Shown piece by piece: positions 63,816-64,000 of a DNA stretch of 64,000 nt. Location: positions 223,140,001 to 223,204,000 of the forward strand of contig NC_086097.1 in the NCBI RefSeq assembly GCF_963921235.1, in the 5' to 3' direction. Positions within the stretch are counted from its first letter, which is position 1. Each line of letters starts with the position of its first letter. The position numbers were made by a program, and so were the translations under genes. The notes below the pieces were generated by a model, which made no database searches, was not told the DNA's origin, and saw nothing but the letters and a program-made list of their open reading frames with translations. The stretch is from Mobula hypostoma. Its lineage: Eukaryota.

Positions 63816-64000
63816 TGAGGAAAATCTACAGATGCTGGAAATCCAAGTAACACACAAAATGCTGGAGGAACTCGGCGTGCCAGGCAGCATCTGTGGAAAA
63901 GAGTAAACAGTCAACATTCTGGCTGAGTCCGAAACATGGACTGTTTATTCATTTCCGTAGATGCTGCCTGGCCTCCTGAGTTCCTTCAGCATTTTGTGCT
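63816..64000. mobile_element. Fold-back element made of two inverted PLE 3' repeats
   Basis: 63853-63915 is the reverse complement of 63935-63998 (AAAATGCTGGAGGAACTC...CAGGCAGCATCT versus AGATGCTGCCTGG...GAGTTCCTTCAGCATTTT). Confidence 0.8.

Overview
Vertebrate nuclear DNA, most likely a cartilaginous fish (ray or shark), inferred from the CR1-rich and Penelope-rich repeat landscape. The only host gene is the 3' part of retinol dehydrogenase 10 (rdh10, + strand). It has four GT-AG coding exons at 46613-46711, 50208-50353, 59141-59272 and 62599-62722 (stop), followed by an AU-rich 3'UTR. No upstream exon was recognised, so positions 1-46612 are probably one large intron. The introns are packed with transposable elements: a complete but defective CsRn1/Kabuki-type Gypsy LTR element (21377-25566, minus strand), many nested CR1 LINEs, Penelope-like (PLE) remnants, a Tc1, a non-autonomous Helitron, hAT/Harbinger/Tigger MITEs, SINEs and microsatellites. 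The most interesting non-obvious signals are: (i) about ten decayed minimal hammerhead-ribozyme motifs at PLE ends, some in fold-back arrangements, with every copy sense to rdh10 carrying a core lesion; (ii) a slippery heptamer plus hairpin (-1 frameshift signal) in the Gypsy element, apparently neutralised by a 1-nt insertion; (iii) 23-aa STPR-like repeats and an 88-bp minisatellite inside the Helitron. Most ORFs in the supplied track are TE fragments or spurious. Boundaries of degenerate repeats are approximate.
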